A stretch of 26,428 nucleotides of DNA from an uncultured virus (IMG/VR IMGVR_UViG_3300036815_000199). Its lineage: Duplodnaviria > Heunggongvirae > Uroviricota > Caudoviricetes. Numbering within the stretch: the stretch's first letter is position 1; each line of letters starts with the position of its first letter. The translations under genes were made by a program, and so were the position numbers. Shown piece after piece: positions 15,246-23,593 of this stretch. The stretch lies in IMG/VR virus record IMGVR_UViG_3300036815_000199; one strand, given 5' to 3'. The notes below the pieces were generated by a model. That model worked only from the letters and a program-made list of their open reading frames with translations, was not told where the DNA came from and did not search any database.

Positions 15246-15644
15246 ATGAAACGCACCACCACCCGCCGCCTCGTCCTGATCGCGGCCGGCCCCGCCGCGC
15301 TGGCGGGCCTGCTGCTGACGTCCGGCACCGCCTTCGCGAGCACCGGCCCAGCCGGCAACGGGCAGACCGGCCACCTGACCGGCAAGAGCGCCGTCTCCTA
15401 CACCGACCCGTGGTTCGGCCCGGTCCGGTGCAACGAGACCCAGCACCCGACGTTCGACACCGTGTCGTGCCAGTCCACCACCGGCGCGCCGGTGACGAAC
15501 GCGTCGCCCGGCCAGGTCATCTCGTTCCCCGGCCAGTGGAACTCTGACTTCGCCGGCGGCCCGGCGGGCGGCTCGATCACCGTCACCGTCAACGCGGACG
15601 GCATGGGCTACACCGGCCAGGCCACCTACCCGGCGGCCGGCTAA
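15246..15644 (+). CDS. secreted protein
   Basis: Signal peptide MKRTTTRRLVLIAAGPAALAGLLLTSGTAFA (AxA cleavage site); two Cys. Confidence 0.85.
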   Translation: MKRTTTRRLVLIAAGPAALAGLLLTSGTAFASTGPAGNGQTGHLTGKSAVSYTDPWFGPVRCNETQHPTFDTVSCQSTTGAPVTNASPGQVISFPGQWNSDFAGGPAGGSITVTVNADGMGYTGQATYPAAG

Positions 15645-15685
15645 CAGGGCGTGCCGGGCGGGCGCGGGGTTCCCGGCCGGCACTG

Positions 15686-15729
15686 AAAAAGGGCAGCCGC
15701 CCGGATCCGTCAGGGTCCGGGCGGCTGCC
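15686..15729 (-). terminator. intrinsic terminator of the GntR gene (possibly bidirectional)
   Basis: GGCAGCCGCCCGGA / TCCGGGCGGCTGCC stem with an adjacent A5 tract (U-tract on the minus strand). Confidence 0.75.
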
Positions 15730-15759
15730 TGGTGCGTGACACGATTCGCGTCACGCATG

Positions 15760-16554
15760 TCACGCCAGGTCGAACGCGACCTCCAGCACCCGCCCGGCCA
15801 GCGTGACCTGCTCGAGATAGGACCAGCACCGGCCGGCGGGGTCGAACCACATCCACACCGTGGCCGACACGTACGCGCCCGGTGCCAGGCCGAGCAGCGG
15901 CCCCTCCCGGCCGTCGTCGAGGACCGGCCGCGCCTCATACGCGGTGCGGCCGCGGGCGAACGTGACCGGCTTGTGCGGCCACCGGTCGGGGTCGGCGGTC
16001 CGCTCGGTGATCAGCGGCAGCGCGCCGCGCGGGTCGGCCAGCGGCACCCGGTGCAGCAGCTCGGGGCACGGCCCGGACAGCTCGCCGGGGAACCACTCGA
16101 CCGACAGCGCGAACGGCCGCGAGCCGCCCTCGCCGTCGTCCTCGAGGTAGCGCTGCTCGCGGCGCACCACCGGCACGACCCCGTTGCGCGGCGCGGCCTC
16201 CAGGTCCAGCAGCGGGATCAGCCGCGGGTAGACGGCCGCGGCGTCCAGGTAGTCGGCGGCGGTGACCTCGACGTGCTCGGCGGGCGGCGGCCCGGTCCAC
16301 GACAGGCGCTGCACCGGTCCCTGCTTGTACCGGCCGGCCTGCACGTAGGAGCCGGTCGGGTCGGTGCGGACCAGCCCGTCGACGTCGCGCAGCCAGGTGA
16401 CGGCGCGGTTGGCGGTCGCCGAGCTGACGCCGTGGGCGGCGGCGAGCGCCCGCACCGACGGCAGCCGGATCCCGTCGGCGAGGCGGCCGGTGCTGATGTC
16501 GGCGGCCAGTTCGTCGTGCAGCTGCTCGGCGGGCGACCGCAGGTCGATGGGCAT
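15760..16554 (-). CDS. GntR-family repressor with UTRA-like domain (KorSA/TraR-like)
   Basis: RLPSVRALAAAHGVSSATANRAV wHTH; divergent from transfer genes as on actinomycete plasmids/AICEs. Confidence 0.88.
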   Translation of the reverse strand: MPIDLRSPAEQLHDELAADISTGRLADGIRLPSVRALAAAHGVSSATANRAVTWLRDVDGLVRTDPTGSYVQAGRYKQGPVQRLSWTGPPPAEHVEVTAADYLDAAAVYPRLIPLLDLEAAPRNGVVPVVRREQRYLEDDGEGGSRPFALSVEWFPGELSGPCPELLHRVPLADPRGALPLITERTADPDRWPHKPVTFARGRTAYEARPVLDDGREGPLLGLAPGAYVSATVWMWFDPAGRCWSYLEQVTLAGRVLEVAFDLA

Positions 16555-16676
16555 GGCGGGGCCTTTCCGGTAGTCGTCCTTCCTGGCGATCGTACGCTTG
16601 CGCGTGACACAACCGCGACAGTGTGAGACGATCGTCTGCGACTCGTATCGCCCGTATCACCCGAGAGGTCACCACA

Positions 16677-17342
16677 ATGTCAGCGACAGATACGACGGCC
16701 GGGACCCCGGCCCTGACGCCCGCCGAGCTGCTGTGGGCCGCCTGGCGCGGCCGCGTGTTCGCCGGCCTGGCGGTCGCGGTGTGCCTCACCGTGCCCGCCG
16801 CGTTCTTCGAGTCATTCCACGGCCTGATCGAGTGGTGCCAGGGCAACGGGCTGGGCGGCGTCTACGCCTGGTTCGCCCCGGCGATGGTCGACGTGTTCAT
16901 CTTGGCCGGCGAGACCGTGCTGCTGCTGGCCATCATGGAAACGTGGGACTGGCCCGCCAAGGCCGCCGGCTGGTCCGCGATCGGCGCCGGCCTGGCCGTG
17001 TCCGTCGCCGGCAACGTCGGCCGGTCCGGCTGGCACGTGCCGCTGGAGCGGATGGCCACCTTCGCCGTGGCGCCGCTCGCGCTGGCCGGCCTGACCGCCC
17101 TGTTCCTGCTCGTCGCCAAGCGCCTCCTGCACCCCCATGTCCGCGACCGCGCCGACGTGAACGAGGACGTGGTGATCGCGCTGCTGCGGTACCGCGACCA
17201 CGCGGAGGCGGGCACGGTCCCGACCTTCGCCGAGGTGATGGCCGACCTGAACTGCGGGCAGCCCCGCGCCCGCCGTATCCGCGCGTGCCTGCCGCGTATC
17301 ACCCCTGTCCTGCAGACCCTCAACGGGGCGGTGCACTCATGA
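16677..17342 (+). CDS. DUF2637/Spd-like membrane protein with C-terminal HTH-like region
   Basis: AAFFESFHGL..G..G..AWFAPAMVD...SVAGNV...AVAPL pattern, four TMs. Confidence 0.75.
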   Translation: MSATDTTAGTPALTPAELLWAAWRGRVFAGLAVAVCLTVPAAFFESFHGLIEWCQGNGLGGVYAWFAPAMVDVFILAGETVLLLAIMETWDWPAKAAGWSAIGAGLAVSVAGNVGRSGWHVPLERMATFAVAPLALAGLTALFLLVAKRLLHPHVRDRADVNEDVVIALLRYRDHAEAGTVPTFAEVMADLNCGQPRARRIRACLPRITPVLQTLNGAVHS

Positions 17343-17752
17343 CCCGCACCGCCCGCCGGCCCCTGGCCCGGGTGATCGGCGACGCCACCGACCGTCACCG
17401 CGGCGCGGTCCGCCTCGTCGCCCTGGCCGTGCTGATCGCCGGCGGGATCTGGTGGCACTGGCACACCGTGCTGCCGCTCGTCGCCCTGGCCGGGGCGCTG
17501 GCGGCCGAGGGAACCCGGCTCGCTGCCGAAGCGTGGGGCTGGCAGCGGGCCGGGGGCCGCGCCGAGCTGCGCCGCCAGCGCCGCCACGGCGGCCCCGCGC
17601 CGATGCGCGAGCTGTTCACCCACATGTCGCTGACCGCCGCCCGCCGCGCCGTCCGCGGGCTGCGCCCGTCGCTGGCCGGCCGTCGCCTCCGCTCGATCCC
17701 GGCGCACGACGCGGGGATCTACCTCGGCACCGCGAGGAGGGCAGCGCGATGA
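17339..17752 (+). CDS. membrane protein resembling the N-terminal anchor of a coupling protein
   Basis: Two hydrophobic segments, then G.A..REL...MS..AARR...LRPSL...GIYLG; ATGA overlaps on both sides. Confidence 0.7.
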   Translation: MTRTARRPLARVIGDATDRHRGAVRLVALAVLIAGGIWWHWHTVLPLVALAGALAAEGTRLAAEAWGWQRAGGRAELRRQRRHGGPAPMRELFTHMSLTAARRAVRGLRPSLAGRRLRSIPAHDAGIYLGTARRAAR

Positions 17753-19227
17753 ACTGGTGGCACCTGCGCCCGCAGGTCAACGTCTACGGGTCGTTCCGGT
17801 ACGCCTACGCGGTGATCGGGCCGCCCGGGTCCGGCAAGACCGGGTTCCTGGCCCGCACCGGCCTGGCCGCCCCCGGCCCGGCGCTGATGTCCTCGTCGAA
17901 CTACGAGCTGGCCCGCGACACCGCGGTCGCGCGCAGCCGCGACGGCCTCGGCCCGGTCTGGTGGATCAACCCGCGCGGCGCCGGCGGGTTCCCGTCCAAC
18001 TGCGGCTACAGCCCGCTGGCCGGCTGCGCCGCGCCCGACATGGCGATGGAGGCCGCCGGGGCGCTGATGGCCGCCGCGCCGCACGACAAGAAAGACGCGC
18101 ACTGGGACGGCTGGTCCAAGACGTTCCTGCAGTACCTCATGCACGCCGCCGCGCTGCACCCCGACCGGCCCGACATCCGGCTGGTCCGGCAGTGGGCCGC
18201 CGACCCGGCCAGCCCCGACGAGCCGATGGCCGTCCTGGACCGGTGGGGCACCGACGGCTGGGCGCAGCAGCTCGACGACGTGGCCGCCATGTGCCGCACC
18301 GACGGCGACGGCCGGACCGCCGCGGCGATCGCCGGCGGCGTCCTGGCCGCCCTCGCCTGGCTCGACGACCCCGGCCTGGCGGTGCTGGCCTGCCCGCCGC
18401 CCGGCTATGAGTTCGACGCCCGCGCGTTCCTCCGCGACCGCGGCACCGTCTACGCGATCGGCTCCGACTCCGAGCACAACCCGCAGACCCCGTACCTGTC
18501 CTGTTTCGCCACCCACGTGTGGAACGAGGCCAACCGCGCCGCCCAGGACCCGCTCGAGGCGTGCTCGGCGCGCGGCAAGCTCGACCCGCCGCTGCTGATC
18601 GTCGGCGACGAGCCGGGCAACTCCTGCCTGGTCCCCTACGACAAGTGGGCGTCGACCGCCGGCGGCCGCGGGATCTGCCTGGTCACCGGCTGGCAGTCCG
18701 AGGCGCAGATGCCGCAGCGGTGGGGCGACCACGCCGCCCGGGTGATGCTCGACGCGTTCGGCTGCACCATCGTCTACGGCGGCGTCAAGGGCGAGCTGGC
18801 CACGCTGGCGTCCTCGTGGGCCGCCGACAAGCCCACCTGGACCAAGGGGGAGCGCGGCGCCCGCACGCTCGGCAGCGTGCCGACGTTCAGCCCGGCGGTG
18901 CTCGGCACGCTCAAGGATTTCCGGGCGATGGTCAAGTACAAGAACCGGCGCGCGTTCCTGTGCGACATGCCCGACCCGCGCGACCACCCGTGGTACCGCG
19001 AGGCCACGTTCGCCGACTTCCCGCCCGAGCCGGCGTGGGAGCTGCCCGCGCTGGACTCCCGGTCTCGCCGCGCCGCCGTCCAGGCCGCCGCCGGCGCCGG
19101 CCTGTCCGCCGTCCCGTCCAATGGCCGCCCGGCCGTCACCCGTCAAGGAGCACCGTCATGGCCACCACAACTAAGCAGCAGGCGAGCCCTCCCGGGCGCC
19201 GGCCGTCCTGGCGGGCGCGCCGGCTAG
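17749..19227 (+). CDS. VirD4/TraG/TraD-like type IV coupling ATPase
   Basis: Walker A GPPGSGKT, PGPALMSS, YSPLAGC, Walker B LLIVGDE, GGRGICLVTGWQSEAQMPQRWG. Confidence 0.88.
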   Translation: MNWWHLRPQVNVYGSFRYAYAVIGPPGSGKTGFLARTGLAAPGPALMSSSNYELARDTAVARSRDGLGPVWWINPRGAGGFPSNCGYSPLAGCAAPDMAMEAAGALMAAAPHDKKDAHWDGWSKTFLQYLMHAAALHPDRPDIRLVRQWAADPASPDEPMAVLDRWGTDGWAQQLDDVAAMCRTDGDGRTAAAIAGGVLAALAWLDDPGLAVLACPPPGYEFDARAFLRDRGTVYAIGSDSEHNPQTPYLSCFATHVWNEANRAAQDPLEACSARGKLDPPLLIVGDEPGNSCLVPYDKWASTAGGRGICLVTGWQSEAQMPQRWGDHAARVMLDAFGCTIVYGGVKGELATLASSWAADKPTWTKGERGARTLGSVPTFSPAVLGTLKDFRAMVKYKNRRAFLCDMPDPRDHPWYREATFADFPPEPAWELPALDSRSRRAAVQAAAGAGLSAVPSNGRPAVTRQGAPSWPPQLSSRRALPGAGRPGGRAG

Positions 19228-19955
19228 CGAAGCTGATCGGGCACCGCAAGGTCCGCCGCGACAAGCAGCTGATGCACCGGCTGATGCAGGAGCTGCAGCG
19301 GGAGCTCAAGCGGGCGCGCAGCCCGTGGTCCCGGCTGCGCGCCAGGGCCCGCGAGGCGATGGACCGCCGCCGCCACCCGTATGTCCGCGCCGACACCGGC
19401 CGGTCCTACCGCACCAGCGAGCAGGCCATGCGCGGCACGGGCGGCGGCGGCCAGGGCCGGCAGGGCCGGCAGCAGGGCCGCCACGCCGCCCCGAGCGGCC
19501 CCCGCGAGCACGTCGGCGGCAGCACCCTGCGGACCCGCCGCAACCAGGCCCGCCGCCGCCGCCTGGCGGGCCGCTCGGGCTGGGCGCACCGCGCCGCCAC
19601 GTCCGCGTGGCACGGCACCGCCCAGCGCCAGGCCAACACCCGCGCGTGGTTCAGCCGCCGCCGCGCCGCCTACCAGCGCGCCGCCGAGCCCGGGATCCGC
19701 CGCGCCGAGGCCCGCGCCCAGTGGCGCGCGAACGGGATGGGCCGGCGGGACGCCGCCCGGCACGCCAACCGGCTGCATCCCGGCGCGGTCCGCCGCCGGT
19801 GGCGGTCCTCACGCGGCCCGGCCCGCGCGACCGCCGCCCGCGGCCAGGCCATGCGCGCCGCCGGGATGGCCGGCGCCCGCGTGCCGAGGATGCGCCGGGT
19901 CCGCCGCGCCCGCGCCGTCCGGATGCCCCGCGTCCTCGGCCGCGGCGGCCGGTAA
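19158..19955 (+). CDS. highly basic Arg-rich protein
   Basis: AAGGAG RBS, very high GC3; about a quarter Arg by hand count; ends in GRGGR. Confidence 0.7.
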   Translation: MATTTKQQASPPGRRPSWRARRLAKLIGHRKVRRDKQLMHRLMQELQRELKRARSPWSRLRARAREAMDRRRHPYVRADTGRSYRTSEQAMRGTGGGGQGRQGRQQGRHAAPSGPREHVGGSTLRTRRNQARRRRLAGRSGWAHRAATSAWHGTAQRQANTRAWFSRRRAAYQRAAEPGIRRAEARAQWRANGMGRRDAARHANRLHPGAVRRRWRSSRGPARATAARGQAMRAAGMAGARVPRMRRVRRARAVRMPRVLGRGGR

Positions 19956-19997
19956 CACCCCGTATTGTCCCAGGTCAGCGACCCGAAGGAGAGACCG

Positions 19998-20720
19998 ATG
20001 ACCACCACCCAGGCAGCCCGCGAGGCGTGGAGCCGCGACGACGCGCTGTCCGCGTTCCTGGCCGTCACCGCCCGCCCCGCCGCCGACCCCGACGACGGCA
20101 CCGACCTGATCATCCTGACCGACGCGCAGCTGGCCCGGCTGCGTCCGATCGTCGACCGGGCCCGCCGCGTCGGCTACTGCCTGCAGTGCGACCCGGCGTT
20201 CCCCGAGGTGTGGGCACCGGTCGACGGCTGGCCGCACCTGGCCAGCTCGCACGGCATGGTCCGGTCGCGGCGCCGGCTGCTCACGCTGCGGCCGATGAAC
20301 CGGCCGCCCGGCGACGGCGTGGTCAAGTACGAGCAGACCGACCTGTGCGCCGGCGGCCGCCAGGTCACCCGCCCGGTCCACCAGATCCTGCTGATGGCCT
20401 TCGAGGGGGCACGGCCGAGCGACAAGCACGAGTCCTGCCACGGCGACGACGTCGCCAATCACAACCACTGGACCAACCTGCGCTGGGGCACCGACAACGG
20501 CCTGGACCACGCCCGGCAGGCCGCGTTCACCAGCCCGGGCGCCGCTGCCCGCCGCTCCGACGCCGCCCGCCGCGCCCAGGCCGCCGGCGCCGGCCGGCTC
20601 GCCGCCATGCGCGACGCCGACCGCGCAACACACCGTGACAATGACACGCAGCGTCACGGCCTGGCGAGGGTCACCGGCTGGCTAGCCAGTCACCGACTGT
20701 GGCGACAGGCGGGCCGGTGA
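19998..20720 (+). CDS. NUMOD4-HNH endonuclease-like protein
   Basis: EVWAPVDGWP..ASSHGMVRS (NUMOD4); VHQILLMAFEG..ESCHGDD..NHNHWTNLRWGT (HNH). Confidence 0.85.
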   Translation: MTTTQAAREAWSRDDALSAFLAVTARPAADPDDGTDLIILTDAQLARLRPIVDRARRVGYCLQCDPAFPEVWAPVDGWPHLASSHGMVRSRRRLLTLRPMNRPPGDGVVKYEQTDLCAGGRQVTRPVHQILLMAFEGARPSDKHESCHGDDVANHNHWTNLRWGTDNGLDHARQAAFTSPGAAARRSDAARRAQAAGAGRLAAMRDADRATHRDNDTQRHGLARVTGWLASHRLWRQAGR

Positions 20721-20913
20721 CAGACGGTGAGCCCGACCGATGACAGACCGATGACACATCGTCGCAGGTCAACGGCCTGCACGCACCGTAACGACGGAAC
20801 TCGGAAGCCGGCACGCAAATTCGCCGCCTCCGGCGGCGCCTTCCGAGTTGCCGAACCGGTGACAGCGCGTGACGACCACGGAGCGTGACTAGGCTACAGC
20901 GCGTGACGACGAC
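20633..20913. repeat. cluster of TGAC-containing direct repeats plus nested inverted repeats
   Basis: GACCGATGACA tandem x2 (20735-20756); ACAGCGCGTGACGAC x2 (20862, 20896); IR AACTCGGAAG/CTTCCGAGTT (20798-20849). Confidence 0.75.
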
Positions 20914-20928
20914 AGGAGGCTACCCAGC

Positions 20929-22947
20929 GTGATGGCGATCAGCGGCCCCGACCCGCTGCCCGTGACCCGGTTCGCCGAGCAGCACGCGACCCCGGCCTGG
21001 CTCGCCGCGGCGGCGGTGCTGGTCGTGGTGGCGCTGGCGCTGCGCGTGGTGGTGGGGCGCGTGCAGCGCGCCGAGCACAAGGAGGGCACCGCGACGGCGT
21101 TGGGCCGGCTGCTGGCGGGGATCGACCTGCACCACGGGCGCGATCACTGGACGAACGCGGGGTGGCTGACGCGGCCGGGGGAGGTCACCCTCGTCGGCGC
21201 CGGGACGAAGCGGGGGCGGGCGTCGTGGTGGCAGCACCAGAACTACGCGTTCCGGTCGGTGGTCCGGTCGGGGTGGCTGCCCGTGTCCGTCACGTGGGTG
21301 CTGGCCGGGGCGGAGGCGGCCGTAGCGGCCGCGCTGGCGCTCGGGCTGTTCGCGTTCTACGTCCGGACCCGCACCCGCCCTGGGTGGCTGTCCGCGGCGT
21401 GGATCCCGCGGGTGCGCGGCGTGCACGACGCCGGCCGGGTCGGGCCGCTGGCCGAGGCGCTGGCGCCGCTGACCAACGTCAGCGCCCGGGCGGTCGAGCG
21501 GGGCCTGCACTGGCACCCCGACTACGCCGAGTCATCGCCGGGCGATGAGGTGCTGCGCTGGGACATCCCGCCGGCGTTCAAGGCGATCGGCCAGGTCCGC
21601 GGCACCGTGACCGACCTGATCGAGTCGCGGGTCGGGTTCGGGCTGGCCGCGTCCTGGCGGACGAGCGAGCTGCCGCCGGTGCTGGTGCTGTCGCGGGCCC
21701 GGTCGCTGCCGCCGATCGTGTTCCTGGCCGACGTGCTGGACCGGGTCGACGCGCTGCCGGCGTCCAAGACCGCGATCGGCCTGGACGACCTCGACCGGCT
21801 GGTCTGCTGGGACTGGGGGTGCGAGACCCCGCACGGCGTGATGAACGCCGGGTCGCGGCACGGCAAGAGCGAGACCAACAAGTGCCTGATCTGCCAGATC
21901 TTGCGCAAGGGCGGGTCGGTCACCGCGGTCGACGTCAAGGAGATCAGTTTCCAGGGCCTCGAGGGGCTGCCCGGTTTCACCCTGGTCAATGACCCCGGTG
22001 ACATCCCGGCGATGTGGGAGGCGATCGCCGAGTTCGCCGGGGAGCTGAACGTGCGGCGCGCCGAGCGGGCGGCCGGCACGGCGACCAGCTGGCCGGTCAA
22101 GCTGCTGATAATCGAGGAGGCCAACCAGTTCGGCGAGATGACCGACGACTGCTGGGAGGACCTGCCCTGCGTCGACGACATGGACCCCGAGGAGCGCGCG
22201 CTGCTGCGCGGCACCGAGCTGTGGAAGACCAAGGGCGCGAAGAAGACCCCGCGCGTGTGGCGGCACGTCAAGGCGGTCGCCTGGCAGGGCGCCGCGTTCA
22301 ACATGCACGTGCTCGTCGACGGCCAGGACATGAAGGATTCGGTCGTCAAGGGGCTGCGCAACAGCCTCGGGATGCGGCTGCTCGGCGGGTACCTGCCGCA
22401 GCAGTGGAAGTTCCTGGTCGGCACCACCCCGGTCCCGGCCGCGCCGGCGGTCAAGGGCCGCTTCTGCCTGGTGATCGGCAACCAGCAGACGTGGCTGCAG
22501 GCGATCCTCGCCGACCTCGACCCCGACATGTCCTCGCGGATCTGGCGGGACTTCGCGCTCAACGGTCGGCCCGACCCCGGCCCGGGCGGCACCGGTGACG
22601 GCGACCGACGACAATTCACCGACGACAGCGTCCCGCCGCTGGTCGGCGCTACAAACGGCGACGGCCCGTCACCGGTGACCGGCGACCAGTCGATCCCCAT
22701 GACGCTGCTGCAGATCGCCCGGATCTTCCTGGCGCCCGACGCCGGCGACGAGGACCAGAAGAAGCTCGCGGCCGCGCTCAAGCAGGACCGGCAGCGGCAC
22801 GACCGCGGCGCGCTGCCGCCCGGCCTGATCTTCCCCGGCCCGGTCGGCACCGACGGTCAGGCCGAGCTGTTCCTGCCCCACCAGGTGATCGCGTTCAACA
22901 CCGCGCGGCGCGGCCAGCCCGCCGCCAGAAACGGAGGTCGACCATGA
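20929..22947 (+). CDS. FtsK/SpoIIIE-family conjugative DNA translocase (TraB/TraSA-like)
   Basis: N-terminal TMs, TPHGVMNAGSRHGKS Walker A, VDVK, LLIIEEAN Walker B, C-terminal FPGPVG..G.AELF wHTH-like tail; CAGGAGG RBS. Confidence 0.85.
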   Translation: MMAISGPDPLPVTRFAEQHATPAWLAAAAVLVVVALALRVVVGRVQRAEHKEGTATALGRLLAGIDLHHGRDHWTNAGWLTRPGEVTLVGAGTKRGRASWWQHQNYAFRSVVRSGWLPVSVTWVLAGAEAAVAAALALGLFAFYVRTRTRPGWLSAAWIPRVRGVHDAGRVGPLAEALAPLTNVSARAVERGLHWHPDYAESSPGDEVLRWDIPPAFKAIGQVRGTVTDLIESRVGFGLAASWRTSELPPVLVLSRARSLPPIVFLADVLDRVDALPASKTAIGLDDLDRLVCWDWGCETPHGVMNAGSRHGKSETNKCLICQILRKGGSVTAVDVKEISFQGLEGLPGFTLVNDPGDIPAMWEAIAEFAGELNVRRAERAAGTATSWPVKLLIIEEANQFGEMTDDCWEDLPCVDDMDPEERALLRGTELWKTKGAKKTPRVWRHVKAVAWQGAAFNMHVLVDGQDMKDSVVKGLRNSLGMRLLGGYLPQQWKFLVGTTPVPAAPAVKGRFCLVIGNQQTWLQAILADLDPDMSSRIWRDFALNGRPDPGPGGTGDGDRRQFTDDSVPPLVGATNGDGPSPVTGDQSIPMTLLQIARIFLAPDAGDEDQKKLAAALKQDRQRHDRGALPPGLIFPGPVGTDGQAELFLPHQVIAFNTARRGQPAARNGGRP

Positions 22948-23276
22948 CGCAGCTCGGAGAGCGGCTGTCCCTGTTCTGGGCGCGGCACCGCCCCACGCGG
23001 GTGCCCGGCCGGTGGCGGCACGGCCCCACCGCGACCGGGATCCACAACTGGCGCAGCAAGCGCACCATCGCCCGCGGCCGGGTGCCCTACTGGCAGCGGG
23101 CCACCGCCGCCGCCGCCTCGCGGGCGCCGGTCTACCGCCGCCGGATCAACCGGGCGACCGGCCGCCCGCACCGCGACGACGCGATGATGCGCCGCAGCGG
23201 CGACCGGTCGCTCGCCCGCACGCGGGACCGGCACCAGCCCGGGCCGCGCCGGGTGTCCGGCCGGGGCGGACGGTGA
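22944..23276 (+). CDS. Arg/Trp-rich basic protein
   Basis: GGAGG RBS, ATGA overlap, high GC3; ends in GRGGR. Confidence 0.7.
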   Translation: MTQLGERLSLFWARHRPTRVPGRWRHGPTATGIHNWRSKRTIARGRVPYWQRATAAAASRAPVYRRRINRATGRPHRDDAMMRRSGDRSLARTRDRHQPGPRRVSGRGGR

Positions 23277-23290
23277 GATGATTACCGACC

Positions 23291-23593
23291 ATGACCAGAT
23301 TGCTACTGCTGGTAGCCGGCTACGGCGGCGGCATCCTGCTGACCTGGCGCGGCGACTGGCGGCACGGCCTGGCACTGTTCGCCATCACCGGCGCCCTGCA
23401 CTTCCTGGCCGTCGTGGCCTACCCCTGGCACCGCTGCTGGGCGTGCCGCGGCCGCGGCGTGTTCTGGCTCGGCCGCAACCATGGCGACTGCGTGGTCTGC
23501 GGCAACCGGCGGCGCTACCCCCGCGCCGGCGCCCGGATCCTGACCCCCGGGCGCGCCCGGAGAATGACCCAGCGAAGAAGGAGAGGACGATGA
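23291..23593 (+). CDS. membrane protein with DnaJ-like Zn finger
   Basis: Two TMs then PWHRCWACRGRG..CVVCG..R.R.GAR; a type I recall next to actinomycete traB genes. Confidence 0.75.
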   Translation: MTRLLLLVAGYGGGILLTWRGDWRHGLALFAITGALHFLAVVAYPWHRCWACRGRGVFWLGRNHGDCVVCGNRRRYPRAGARILTPGRARRMTQRRRRGR

